This document shows, piece by piece, positions 14,495-27,964 of a stretch of 64,000 nucleotides of DNA; within the stretch, counting starts at the first letter, position 1; each line of letters opens with the position of its first letter. Source of the DNA: Eledone cirrhosa (lineage: Eukaryota); the NCBI GenBank assembly GCA_964016885.1, contig OZ024740.1, positions 147,126,001 through 147,190,000 of the forward strand, given 5' to 3'. A program made the translations under genes and the position numbers. The notes beneath the pieces were generated by a model. The model saw only the letters and a list, made by a program, of their open reading frames with translations. It did not search any database and was not told the origin of the DNA.

Positions 14495-15050
14495 ACGTGA
14501 CGAAGTTATACAGTGATAATTGTGTTAGATATTACACTAGATGTAATAACACTATGAAAAATGAAAATATCGAGTGAGATAATATATATACCAAGAGAGA
14601 AAAACAAAATGCCCAGAAAAAATAGTGATGAAATATCACGATGGAGTAAAGTAAAATAATAATAATAATAATAATAATAAAATTATTATTATTTTACTTT
14701 ACTCCATCGAATGAATGAGATATCCCTTTTTTAATGCTGTACATGAAACATTTTGTCATTAAGCTAACAGATGTCTGATGAGCTTTTGATAGAGTTGGGC
14801 CCAATCAATAGAGATCAAACCTTGAGCTGATCAATTGTGAAATCACACCTGAATAAACCTAATGAAAATTTGACACCTCCTCCACACTTATTATTAATTA
14901 TATATATATAATTATATATATTGGCCTTGTGCCAAAAGTAGAAACAATTATTAATTATATATAATAATAATAAAAAAATTAATTAAAAAAATGTTTTCGC
15001 TCTCCATGGCTGAATACAATAAATGTAATCTGAGTTTTTCGAATATTAAT

Positions 15051-15197
15051 AATTGTTTCTACTTTTGGCACAAGGCCTGCAATTATTCCAGAGTATTACT
15101 GGTACTTTATTTTATCGACCCCATAAGGATGAAAGGCAAAGTTAACCTCTGCGAGATTTGAACTCAGATCATAAAGGGCCGTAACTCTTTGCTGCAA
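15051..15197 (-). mobile_element. Meta/MESC-like SINE inserted into the left arm of an inverted repeat
   Basis: Same family as 14318-14494; AATAAT on both sides (possible TSD). Confidence 0.8.
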
Positions 15198-15434
15198 AAT
15201 AATAACATTCGATTCGTTTGCAATTATACAAACAAGCCTTTTTTTATTATTATTATTATTATTTGAATGTGGCAAAGCCGCCATTTATCGCTCGTATACA
15301 GGAAACTGATTGGCCAATCTGCTGATATGCAAATCTGGCTGAACAGTGGATCTGCTAATATGCAAATCAGGCCAATCAGTCACTGTATATTTTAGAAAAT
15401 AGCATATATTTTCACTAGCTCTGACAGTTGGCAG

Positions 15435-15500
15435 GTGAACAGTGAGCTGTACTGATGAAGGGTGATACCCAGAAACATTAGTGTCTGCAGTTCTGTTCAC
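15435..15500 (+). ncRNA. Type-I hammerhead ribozyme motif with GUC triplet
   Basis: GUGAACAG(UG)AGCUGUA-CUGAUGA-A GGGU GAU ACCC A-GAAA-CAUUAGU-GUC-UGCAGUUCUGUUCAC. Stem I ~15 bp; stem III near-palindromic. Confidence 0.75.
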
Positions 15501-16230
15501 ATGCCAACACAAGAGCAAGAATGAAGGGTTCATTCTACTGACATGGCTATAAAAATGAGGCTTGTTTGTATAATTGCAAACGAATTGAATGTTATTATTA
15601 ATATTCGAAAAACTCAGATTATATATATATATCATCATTCATCATCATCATTTCATTTTACGTCCGCTTTTCCCTGCATACTTACTGTAAACATTGATGT
15701 AATTCAAGCACTCTATGTACTTTTTCCACATAGGAATGAGAGTATATTTAGAATAAGAAAATGCGAAATAGTTGCAGATATTAAAGTCCTTTATTGATAA
15801 GGCTGTGATGCATATTTCAATGACGACAGTAACCAGTGCCATGGTCTCATCAGACTTTGCATTTTCTTATTCTATATATATATATACATACCATACCATC
15901 ATATATATAGTATTGTGTTACATATATGCAGTATTATATTAGGTATATGTGTAGACATATAGGTCATTTTACCTAACTAGCACAGCTTGACAGGCTTCAT
16001 TCTCATTATAGTGACTATTTTGTGGCAATATTTTACTCATGGGTGCATTTCTGGCATCAACCTTTTTAGTCATATTTTATGACAAGCATGTCATATTTTA
16101 TGTAATTTATATTCTGTTTAGCCTTTTCACAGTTTGTGGTTCTTGCTATTGTTAAACACAAAGTCAGTAACTTAATTGTGTTACCAACATCAAAAACTTT
16201 TGGGAAACACCTTTAGTTGTTGATCTACAG

Positions 16231-16410
16231 TAATTGTTTCTACTTTTGGCACAAGGCCAGCAATTATCCCAGTACATTACTGGTACTTTATTTTATCGAC
16301 CCTGAAAGGATGAAAGGCAAAGTTAACCTCGACGGGATTTGAACTCAAACCGTAAAGGGACGTAACTATGCTAGAAAGCATGGCGTCCAACTCTCTACTG
16401 ATACTGCCAA
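16231..16410 (-). mobile_element. Meta/MESC-like SINE
   Basis: Same family as 14318-14494 and 42126-42317. Confidence 0.8.
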
Positions 16411-16814
16411 AGTAATATCACTTATTCAGCTATAGTTTAATCCTTTTGGACCAGACTAAGCTCAGATGTTATTTTATAGATTTAAATGATTCTATACCTA
16501 TGTAAATACTGCTTCATCATTGGTATTCAGATACACAGAACAATGTCAAATAAAAAAATAACCAAACTGTAACCACCATTATGAAGCTATTTCTATAGAA
16601 ACAAGATTTTTTCCCATGCCTATTACTCTTTATTCTCACCAAAGAATAGTTTTCTCATGCAAGAAATGTCAAGGTTACATTGTTATTAAAAATATAACTC
16701 AAACCTTGCTTCACATAAAATTATAATATCTTAAAAAGAAGATCTTATAGACTTTTCATACTAACTATATTTAGGGTTAAATAGTTTAAATTACATGTAA
16801 TTTTAATCAATTAA

Positions 16815-17072
16815 CCCTTTTGATACCAAATCACCTCGGGTTCAACAATATATAACTGTTCTAATGTGTTTATATTTATCTAAAAAAAATTTACCATAAA
16901 TCTGTGAGAGCTTTTGTTAAGTTATGTTTCATTTTGTTAAGTTATGTTTCAAACACCAGCTTAATGAGAAAATTAGTTATATAACTAAATCCCACCAAAC
17001 ATTTTACTATTCTAAAAATTAATTGAAAAATCACACGCACTCACTTTTATTTGAAATATGGTAATAAAACGG
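16815..17072. mobile_element. piggyBac-like MITE (related pieces at ~17090-17220, 18830-19270, 55660-55790, 56270-56720, 61020-61260)
   Basis: TTAA|CCCTTTTGATACC...GGTAATAAAACGG|TTAA. The internal motif CAAACA(T/C)CAGCTTAATGA recurs at the listed sites. Confidence 0.55.
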
Positions 17073-17712
17073 TTAACATGTATAATTTTATGTAAGAAAC
17101 TTTAAGTTATGCTCCAAACATCAGCTTGAGGAGAAAGATTATTAAATACCCTCACCAATTCTTTATTATTTGAAATTCATAGGCAATGTCTCTCCTTAAA
17201 AATATGGTAATGAAAGGGTTTAAATCTCTTGGCATACTACACCAAGTATGATTACACCTACTTTACTATTAAGTTACCATGAGCAGGTGCCCATGGCTAC
17301 TTTTTCATAGTTATTCTTTCAAGTTATATCACCACTGCGTTCATTCACAAACATTCTGTATACTTCTCTGGTTATTCTAAGATCAGTCTTAGAATATTAA
17401 GACTAGTATTCTAGATTAATCTGCAGTCACAATTAGACTATGCTTCCCTTTTGAGATCTAATAACACCAGAACATGCTCTGGGTTGTCATCATACTGTTA
17501 TTTCTAGTAGGTCAAACAACCTATTATAGACACCTTGATGTGATTTGAATTATTAGTAAGTCCCTGTCAATGGCAGGTTCATCAGTCAATGTACCCCATA
17601 AGACAGATTTATCAGTGAATGTACCTCATTTGACAGGTTTGTCAGTAAATGTACCTCATAAAAGAATGGAGTATGATAAAAAAATATGCAGAAAAGTGAT
17701 TGCAGTGCTTAC

Positions 17713-17881
17713 CATTTTCCAAACTGCAATTATAATTTTGTAAACCACCAGTTTTATAAACATGGTGTCGAAGAATGTGTTTTTTCTTTGGATTTTCCTT
17801 GGTGTTCTGCTTCCAAAATTCGATGTCAGAATTTTCGGGTTGAATAAAATGTTGGTGTCCATCCAAATATAATATTCCAGA
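17713..17881 (-). CDS. Host exon C: ADAM/ADAMTS-like (M12B) prodomain, C-terminal part
   Basis: Acceptor TTCTAATTTCAG, donor G|GTAAGC, 169 bp, phase 0-1. SGILYLDGHQHFIQP...HHVYK...NYNCSLEN resembles the G-x-I...Y-x-I-E-P...H-x-V-Y...C propeptide pattern. Confidence 0.7.
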
Positions 17882-17999
17882 CTGAAATTAGAATAAATTT
17901 CATTTTTAATCCAACACTTACACTTGTACTTGTGTATGTATCAGTGTTCACCAAGGATGAGTTGAATCTTCTTCAACCAATGCATTCTCAAAATCATGG

Positions 18000-18650
18000 A
18001 CAGAAACTGCTCATGTACAGATATTGTCAGCCAGCCATGATTCGAACAGTGGACACCATGTATGTAGGCCCAGATGTTAGCTCAAAACTGGAAGGGGCTC
18101 TGTCATGATCTCATGGTAGAGGTGTTTACATCATGGGAGGCAAAGTGCATGACAAAACTAACAGAAGTGCTTTTTAAGTAGAAAAGAAGTGATCTGGTAG
18201 TGTCAATGAATTTAAAAGTTCAGGACAAAATCCAATGTGTAAACATGGAGGTGTCAGCAAAGGCGAAAGTAGTCAAAAAATTCCAGCTTGCATAAATCCA
18301 CCTTTCTTATTTGCCACACTTCACAACCATAAAGGAGAGTGGTGAATGAGCAGATTTTTGTGACCAGCTGAATCTTTAATGCAGACTATAGTCTGCCCTA
18401 GAAACAACAGAATGCAACACATACACAATTATTGCGGATATCTATCTCATCTTTATTATGACCTCTGGCAGTGAAGGTGGTGTCGAGATACTTGAATTTA
18501 CTGACTTCTTTCAGAATTTTCCTACTGAGTATGATGAGACCTCCTCCAGAAAATGACATGCCAGCAGATCGTATATTCATTTTGGATGAGGCATTCAATG
18601 GCTGATTGAACATCAATTTAGCTATTGCGATGTTGGATAATGAACTCATA
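18000..18650 (-). mobile_element. Highly decayed LINE RT remnant (RTE-like)
   Basis: LKEVSKFKYLDT..DEIDIR..AF pattern in ORF 18398-18649. Confidence 0.5.
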
Positions 18651-19349
18651 GATATGCAATGATAGAGTGAAATAAAAGAGTATTCATGTTTATAATCAAT
18701 CTATTCATCTGAAATTATTTTGAGCCAATACAATAATCTCTATAAGGTTGCTGAGCATGCTATAAAGAGCAGCCAAATAGTCTCAAATTACACCTAACCA
18801 AAAGGCAAATGAATTAGATAATGTAGGTGTTAGTACCTTTTTAAAGTGTTTATATTTGAAACTTCCCATCATAATTTTATGTGAGAACCTTTTAAGTAAC
18901 GTTTGAAACATTAGCTTAATGAAGAAGTTAAGCTGTGTTACTAAATTCCTCCAAATTCTTCAGTATTTTCAAAAACATTGAAATGCAAAAGCCAGTGTCT
19001 TTCATGAGAAAGTATGGTAACATTTCACATGAAAGACACTGGTTTATGTTTTTCAAACGTCCAGAAAGTAGCCCTGTTTCTATGAAACAAAACCGTTTAT
19101 TTTAGAATTTTTATATTTATCTAAAACCCTTTCATTGTTGTAATATGTTGTTAAGTTATGTTCTAAACACCAATTTAATAATGAGAAAGTTAGTTATATT
19201 ATTAAACCCATCCAAGTTTTTGATTATTTTCAAAGTTGTTTGAAAATTAAGCAGTGTATTACATTAGAATTTAATTCTTAAACTTACTGCACACTTACTG
19301 AACAATTTTTCACACTTACTGCACACTCACTACATATATATATTTATAT

Positions 19350-19547
19350 ATAACAAAGAAGGTGTGGTAGGATACCAGGTGGACCATAACGCACCAGAGT
19401 ACTCAATACTTAGAGTAGTAGAGTGGGTAATAGGAAAAGAGTCAGGACCCCGACGGCTGAGCTCCGGCCATTTCAACAGCTAGATCCGAAGTAAGCCGCA
19501 GCTGGCTCTAGCTCTCGAAACAGCCGGAGTTCAGACTCTTTTCCTAT
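19350..19547 (-). mobile_element. Palindromic element related to 10886-11106
   Basis: ATAGGAAAAGAGTC...GACTCTTTTCCTAT arms, shared tail, flanked by (TA)n. Confidence 0.6.
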
Positions 19548-19573
19548 ATATATATATATATATATATTATATA

Positions 19574-22500
19574 TCATCATCATCATCATTTAACGCCTAT
19601 CTTCCACGCTAGCATGGGTTTAGACGGGAATTGTCCCACTTGAGGCAAGATTGGTTGTCTTGCTCGTATAGGACTGTCTGCCCTTCCTAACACCAATCAC
19701 GTTTACAGTGTGGACTGGGAACTATTTACCGCGTTACCTACACGGCCACATTACACCGTGGACTGTGTGTTTTTTTTTTTCGTGACACCTATACGACCTC
19801 ATTTATTTAGAACTGGATGTTGTGGTACCAACATAACTTTACGGAAAAAGGGGTGGTGTAGATGGGGGTGTATTTTTGGTTAAGAGGTGCCTACTGACTG
19901 TAGGTTTCACTTTGTACTTAGGCAAGGCGGGTCTTCTGTATTACTGCGAAACGCCAAAGATCTCGGTCCAGTGACATTGTCTTGGAGAGGTGTAAGTGTT
20001 TAAGGTCAGAATTTATCAAATCGTCCCAGGTTTTCCTGGGTCTGCCTACTCTGAAGCTTCCATCAATTTTGATCGCCCTGCACTTTTTTATACAGCTGTC
20101 GTCTTTCATGCGCATCACGTGTCCATACCAACGTAGTCTTCTCTTGAGTAAACAGCATCTGATCCCTCTTATTCCTAATTTCTCACTTAGTTCATTTATG
20201 CTTTGCCGTTCACGTATATTACTATTACACATCCAACAAAGCATGCAAGCTTTGTTCCTCTCCAGTCTGCGCAGATCCTCTACATACAATGCCCAAGTCT
20301 CACTGCCATGTAACATTGCTGTTCGTATGCAGGCATCATACAGTCTGCCTTTCATTTTTAAAGAAAAACCATTAGTAGCCAATAGTGGTATAAGCTCTCT
20401 GAACTTTTTCCATCCCATTCTGACTCTGGCTACTGTACTTTCAGTGAACCCTCCACCACTGCTGATTTTGTCACCCAGGTAACGGAAGGTGTCCACTATT
20501 TCTATAGAACCATCTCGGCAATAGAAGGAGCTAGTATCCTGTGGGCACTTGCTACTACTTATTGCACCTGAGCACCGGCCACATATAAAATCTATGCTCT
20601 TAGTTTGCTTACCTGTGATCCCACTACATCTTTTATGCACCCATACTTTGCATTTGGGACATAAAATGGAGTTTCTGCCTACTCCTTTCCTACACACTGA
20701 GCATGGCCATTTCCCAGAGGAGACCAGTGCCCTGTTTTCCTTCCTACATACTAGAACTTTAGTCTTAGACAAGTTAATTTTAAGGCCTTTTGATTCTAGG
20801 CCATGCTTCCATGTTTGGAATGTCTTCTCTAGTTCAGCCATTGATTCAGCTATGAGCGTTAGATCATCTGCGTATAGAAGTTCCCATGGGCAACCGGTCT
20901 TGAACTCCTCTGTTATAGCCTGAAGGGCAATAATAAATAGGAGGGGGCTAATGATGAACACCAACTTTTACGCTAAATTTTTCACTATATTCGTTGCTAA
21001 TTCTAACCTTGCTGACTGTTTTTTTATACATGGCTTGTATACCTCTCACAAGCCATTCATCTACACCTAGTTTTCTAAGAGCCCACCAGATAATGTAGCG
21101 GGGGACTCTGTCAAAGGCTTTCTCCAAGTTAACAAAAGCTAATTATAGGGGTTTACTTTTGGCTAGGTACTTCTCCTGTAGTTGTCATACAAGGAAAAGA
21201 GCCTCTGTGGTACTTTTACCTGACACAAACCCAAACTGCATTTCATCTAGATCAATTCGCTCTCTGATTAGTTGCGCTATAACTTTTTCCGTGACCTTCA
21301 TGACCTGGTCAATTAATTTAATGTCTCTATAGTTTCCCCTATCTAGGGCATCTCCTTTACACTTGTAGCAGTTAATGTTGTTGCTACGCCAGTCATTTGG
21401 TATGACCCCATTCTGTATGACTTGGTTTACTATCCAGGGGACCATAGTGTGTCCCACCGATCCAGATGCTTTCAGCATTTAAGCAACTATCTCCGAAGGC
21501 CAGCTGCTTTGCCCGTCTTCATATCTTTGATTGCCTTACTTATTATACTACCTTCAACTTGCACTGCTGGTCCCTGTATTGGATCGATTTGGGGCAGACT
21601 ATCTTTTTCCCACTTATTCTCATTTAGTAGCCTCTCGTAGTGACACTTCCAAGCTACCTTCTTATCAGTATCAGTGATGGCGAGTATACCATCATCATTA
21701 TGGACACGCTTCTCCCCAACAATATCACGGTTTTCCTTGACACATTGTCTAGCAATCCTGAACACCTCACGTTTTCGGTCCTCGCGTTGTAGAACATGCA
21801 TGAACTTTCTTTCTTCTGCTTCCCTTCTTGCAAGGTATACTTGTCTCCTAGCTTCCCTCCTGGCCACTTGATAGTGCTCTCTACTTCCCCCATCCCGCCA
21901 TACTTTCCAAGCTTGCTTTTTGGCCTTGATTGATTCCTCCACCTTTCTGTTCCACCACCATGTTACTCTCCTCCTGCCTATAGGTCTGCTCCAGTCACAG
22001 ATTTCATCTGTCGCCTTCAGCAGGTTAACTTTCAGGAATTCCCACTGTTCCTCTATACTGTATGTCTCTAATTGCTCTTCCTTATTGTCAAAAGCATCAA
22101 GTAATATGCTTTCAAATTTGTTACTGGCTGTGGGGTCCTTTAACTTCCATAGTCTTCTCCTTAGGGTAGTCCTCCTCTGTTGTCGAGTAGGTCTCGTCCT
22201 GACTATGAGGTCACAAACTATGAGGCTATTTGGGGAGGTGCATTTTTCACAGGGTAGGGATTTAGTGTTTACAACAGACACTTTGTCACGTCTTCTAATA
22301 AGGATATAATCTATCTGACTGGCGTGTTCCCCTGATCTATAGGTGATCAAGTGATTGTCTCGTTTTTTGAAGTTTGTGTTACAGATAGTTAGGTTATTAG
22401 CGTCACAGAATTCCAGGATTCTGAAGCCTTCCTCATTTCTGGTACCAAACCCGTAGCCTCCATGGATTCCGTCATAGCCGTCACAATGTTGTCCAACATG

Positions 22501-22758
22501 ACCATTTAGGTCACCAGCAATAATTATGTAGTCACTGTAGGTTAGTTGAGAGGTAGTGAGCATTAGCGACTCATAGAATCTGTCTTTTATAACGCCAGGC
22601 AGTCCAGATTGGGGTGCGTAAGCGGATATTATTGTCACAGTAGTTCTATTTAGGACAAGACTTATTTTGATTATTCTGTCGTTCACTCTATTTACGTCAA
22701 TTACCTTATCTACCCATTTTTCTGCTAACATAATTCCTACTCCACCCAGCCCATTTTC

Positions 22759-22762
<4 letters not shown>
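19574..22762 (-). mobile_element. RTE LINE, nearly complete ORF2 (APE-RT-PHD), frameshifted (subfamily A)
   Basis: ISAYAPQ, GDLNGHVG, SQIDYIL (21487-22731); MQFGF; LYADD and CSVC/CPKC/HKRC/CGRC (19918-20964). (CAT)n tail at 19574. 5' end abuts (TA)n. Confidence 0.92.
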
Positions 22763-22796
<34 letters not shown>

Positions 22797-23099
22797 CATA
22801 TACACAAAGTAAAAAGAACCCAAGAACCTCTCTAGTGTTGGTGCCATAACAAAATTCACTCAATATACTCTGTAAAATGTTTGGCAATTGAATGGAGACA
22901 ATATAGGGTAGGGAGTGCTCTTCAATTTTGATGGCCATATGACAACCAGTGTAGTATTGGTGCCATGATAAAATTGATAAAATGCACTCAATACACACTG
23001 CATAAGGTCATAGAAACCATATAAAATATGGAACATGAGAAAGACATGGTTCCCCAAACAGTGAAGTCTTGGACTATGACAATCCCTGCTAACAGAAAA

Positions 23100-23830
23100 T
23101 CTGAACATAAAAGAATGATGTTGATATATAAATATTCCAAACCCATGCAAGCGTGGAAGATGGACGTTAAACGATGATGATGATGATATATCCCAGCACA
23201 CATTGTCAATGTGGTTGGCATCCAGCCATAGAAAACCAGCCCCAAAAGCACCCAACCCACACTGTAATGTAGACATGTAAAATACACGGCAAAAAGCACC
23301 CAGCACACACAGTCAATGTAGTTGGCATTATGAAGAGCATCCATCTGTAGAAAACCAGCTAGAAACACTCCTATATGAGCGGGGCATGGTCACCCGACTC
23401 AACTTGCCTCTAAATGGGACAAAGCCATCTAACCCATGCTAGCATGGAAGATAGATGTTAATTGATAATGATGATGATGATAATGATATATATATATATA
23501 TATATATAGCACCTAGCCCATACTGTAAAGTGGTTGTGTAGGTGTCATGACAAAAAACGCCCAGCCCACACTGTAAAGAGGTTGTGTAGGTGTCACAACT
23601 AAAAGAACGAAGCCCACACTGCAAAGTGGTCACGTAGGGGTCACGACAAAAAGCACCCAGCACACACTGTAAATGAGGTTGGTGTTATGAAGGGCATCCA
23701 GCCCTAGAAACCAAGCCCAAACCAGTTGGTATGAGCAAATCATAATCATTGGACCTGGCTTGTCTCACAATGGGGCAAATCATCTAACCTATGCTAGCAT
23801 GGAAAATGAACGTTAAATGATGATGATTAT
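23100..23830 (+). repeat. Cluster of RTE/SINE 3'-tail fragments with ~41-bp tandem AAAGCACCCAGCCCACACTGTAAAG units
   Basis: Three AACCCATGC...(ATG)n-type ends and repeated internal units. Confidence 0.65.
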
Positions 23831-23872
23831 ATATATATATATATGTGTGTGTATGCTTTTATATATACTTAC

Positions 23873-23977
23873 AACAGACTGAAAGTCACATGTTGAATGT
23901 TTAGAGTACGCTTCAACATCATGGCAGTGGAATGTTAATATTGTTTCATGAACTTTGTCTTCATATATCATAGAATC
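23873..23977 (-). CDS. Host exon B: ADAM/ADAMTS-like prodomain
   Basis: Acceptor CTTTCTTTATTATTCAG, donor GTT|GTAAGT, 105 bp, phase 0-0. Peptide DSMIYEDKVHETILTFHCHDVEAYSKHSTCDFQSV. Confidence 0.7.
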
Positions 23978-25031
23978 CTGAATAATAAAGAAAGGATATG
24001 CACAAATATATAATATATACATATATCAACACACACACACAGTGCTAATGCCACAATAAAATGCACACAGCCTACTCTGTAAGGTGGTAGTGCTAGAGTC
24101 ATGTTAAGTTGCTCCCAGTAAACTCTGTAAAGCGATTGGCATTAGAAAGAGCACCCAGCCACAGAAACCAAGTTAAAATGGAACATATAAGCATGATGTG
24201 GTCATCTGACCAATCTAGCCTCAGAATGCAACAGAAAATAGAAGCATGGAAAATAGAGGTTAATCAGTGATGATTATGATGTTATAAAGTGTTGTTGTAA
24301 GATTTATACCAACATATGTTATTCAGATTGCAAACATTACCTAATGACAGATCATAGAGTAAAGAGATTATTTTAATTTATATCAATGAATGATATATTA
24401 CTTGCAATACAAATATTATACCTATACATGCATATGGTAGAAAAACCAATGCTGAGAGCAGAGAATAAACATAATTCCTGAAGGATTAGAATGGTTACAA
24501 CATCTACCCAGATTGTTGTGGTGGCTACATTGATAAAATAAAAATGTGCTCCTGAGCTGGAGGGTGTGATACTCTCAAGAGTATTCCAAAATCAATGATG
24601 TCCCACAATGCAAGGTCTATCTAGAATATATATAGCCCATTCCAGCATGGAAAACAGGTTTTTTGTGGGGGTAAGTTTTTATTAATTTTCGTATTCTGAA
24701 AGATGAAAATACAACAAAAAATTTTGCTCATTGGACTCCGGGGAAATGTTTTGACAAAAGCTGTGGAAGCTACAGAAATATTCCATATATTTTTCCAGAG
24801 CAATCTCTATTTAAATTTTACATTTACTTGTCCCCCATTGCAAAATGGTCATAAATTCAAATTTTGAAAAGATAGGAAAAGGGACAAGTGAACTATGAAC
24901 TTGATACATCTCACTGCCCACCGCCACCACAATAACGTCTACACTCGCTCCCCACCACCACCACATGTCATTACCCTATCTACACTAAGGTGTCTGACCT
25001 GTTGACAAACTCCTTTCTCTGAGTTGAATGC

Positions 25032-25089
<58 letters not shown>

Positions 25090-25090
25090 A

Positions 25091-25137
<47 letters not shown>

Positions 25138-25138
25138 A

Positions 25139-25171
<33 letters not shown>

Positions 25172-25316
25172 CAGTCGATGCAACCAGATTTCAACACAGC
25201 AACAACAACAACTACAACAACAACAGCAACTACATATATATATATGTATGTATATATATCACTGACCTGTTGCTAAACTCCTTTCTCTGTGTGAAATGTG
25301 TGTGTACATATATATA

Positions 25317-25349
<33 letters not shown>

Positions 25350-25692
25350 TCAAAACAATGAACAGCGGAGGACACGTTTCGCACCTTTCCGACAGACAAC
25401 CCCCCCCCCCCCCCCGGAAAAAACCCCAGTTGATGGATGTGAATCCGAAATATATAGGGACAATTAAATCTCTCCCAAGGTAACTATCTCGTGTTATTAT
25501 TTTTATCCTTTACGCTCTTTCCTACATTCTTCTACATGCTACACATCTCAACCTACATTCACTTACATCTCTCTCTCTCTCCACCACCGGATCTTGTTAC
25601 CCGGAGATTTACCCATTGTTGAGGCTTCCAAAACGACCTAAAGAAATATACCTTATTATTCCACAATGCTTCAAGCAAACTTCAATACTCTC

Positions 25693-25753
<61 letters not shown>

Positions 25754-26932
25754 TAAATTTAGCGAGAATCGCATTTCGGTGAGTAGAAATTACCGAAACG
25801 CAACTTCCGAATTGTGTTGGCAAGCGCTCAATGGATATGAAGATACCAGAGCTATAAACATAAGTTAAAAAGGCCATACAAAATAGACGATGGTTAAGAA
25901 GCCATTAACCACCTAAGCCAAAAAAGCGAGCAAGCTAAGTGGGTCAAACAAAATAGGATATGATTGAAATATTTACCCGGACCCTCGGGAATGATGGTAA
26001 AATCCGATATAGGGTTTCTGCAACACCTAAATCAATAACACTGTCTGCTTATAAAAATAATAAGCTTTTGGTATAATGATCGAACAAGGATATCATTTTC
26101 TCAACAGGCATTTTGTTCTGCGTGCGCCAGGATCTCACAGTGTTCGAAAGCACACATATATATATATATATATATCTCAGTCGATGCGACCAGATTTCAA
26201 CACAGCAACAACACCATTGTCGGCAGCAGCAGCATCAGTGAAATGAACAACAACACTGGCAGCAGCAGCAACAACAACGACAACAACAACTGCCACCACC
26301 ACCACCATCACCATACACCACCACCAGCACCACCATCACCATCACCAGCGATCAGGCCTTAAGAAGAAGAAAACAACTATAATACTAAATAACTATTCTG
26401 TTCTTGGTACGGGGCAGCAATTGTCCCAACACATTGCTGGTGCCTTGTTTTGGGCCTGGAGCATGGAGGGCCGTTGCTCTATGCTGTAAAGCACAGGTTT
26501 TCAACCCATTTAGGCCAAACGCCCCCTTTTTTCCCTTGAAATCAGGCGATACCAGCTATTTTGAACATTTATACAAGAGCAACTCTGTCTATACCAAGAG
26601 TGCTCTTATCTGGAAGAAAGTGGCAATTATATCATTTAAAAGCTTTCCAATTTCCCCTTTAATGAAATGGACAGAATAAATGTTGATATCAAACTTGATG
26701 TCCCCTGCTTTGTGAGCTTAGAGACCACGGAAGAGGGTTTTCATGACCACACGGGAGGGTATATTTATTAATGAATGGTAAAATATATACAACAAATGAG
26801 TAATTGAATTGTAGTAGATGGTTTCCAGTCCAGTCAGACTGCAACTACAAATAAAAAAATTGTTAGTTTGCTTTGTAACAATAGCATATCTAAGTTTTCT
26901 GATAAATCAACTTACTTTAACTTTGACTCATT

Positions 26933-27955
26933 TCAATGGGACCCTTGAGCTTCATGGAGTCTAGCTAACTCTTTGACGTGAGGTTGAATTTTCCTAAGGT
27001 GTAGCCAGAGATCTCCACGTGTAATTACATTGTAGCGGTTGCGAGCCTTACTGTGCAGTCTGGAAACAACACCAAACCTCCTCTCAACTAAGTATGAGCT
27101 TGGAAAGGCAGAGCAAATCTCTTAGCCTCTGCATGTAGGAGTGGAAATCGACGCTGAATTTCCTCTTGCATCTCAAAAAGGGTGTTCACCTATTTTGGGA
27201 AATCTAATTTTGATCATGTCATCTGCTTGAAGTTCAATGAATTCTTCCTGAAATTTAACGTCCAAATTGTCGACGTTAGCTATGAAAGCATCTGCTATCC
27301 ACATTGGGATGTCCATCGGCAAAAGGTCGACAAACCGTTCTCTCATGTTGTCTTGTAGCGCACGGAGGTGAGCGGTATAAATTTGGAGTTTGTCATCGCT
27401 TACAATGTTTTGAACATTGGCGACACTAGGAAAATTATAGAATTCCCATCAACAAAGATTCCTTTCGATGACATTCAATTTGGCCAGGAATGTTTTCACA
27501 GCATTCCTTTCTTAAAGCAAGGTGATCTTCTTCCCCTGCAAAGCCAAAATGACACTATTGCATTTGCCTCACATCGAGGGTTTTCTTGTACAGTTCTGTG
27601 TTGCGTCCTCGCAGAAACTCAATGATAGAGTCGAAGAGTTGAAAGAAGTGAGTAAAGCACTTACCCTTTGAAAGCCACCTCACTTCATTATGAAGGAGCA
27701 ACTTGACGAATTCTTCGTCATTATCTTGGCACAGTTGCTGGAAAATTCGTTCATTGAGGGAATGCTGTTTGATAAAATTGATTACATCAATGGCCACCTG
27801 CAAGGACTTGCTCAGAGGCTTTCTGAATTTCTTCGCAGCCAAGTGTTGTCGATGAATGACACAATGAACAGCAAATACAGATAGATTTTCTCTCTTCAGA
27901 AGCGTGGCGAAGCTCTTATGTTAGCCGACCATTGCTCTTGCATCGTCCGTAGCAC
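26933..27955 (-). pseudogene. hAT (Buster, ZBED5/SCAND3-like) transposase C-terminal remnant
   Basis: TDDARAMVG, CVIHRQHLAAK, INFIK, EVRWLSKG, FPSSYLVER motifs, with frameshifts. Confidence 0.85.
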
Positions 27956-27964
27956 ATGATACAA

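Noticed and set aside
14775-14830. CTGATGAG core (also CTGATGA at ~43987)
   Set aside because: No correctly placed GAAA or closing stems.
15800-15860. Additional minus-strand hammerhead (CTGATGA..GAAA..ATC)
   Set aside because: Stem I has only ~2 bp and the base of stem II is poor; at best a decayed copy.
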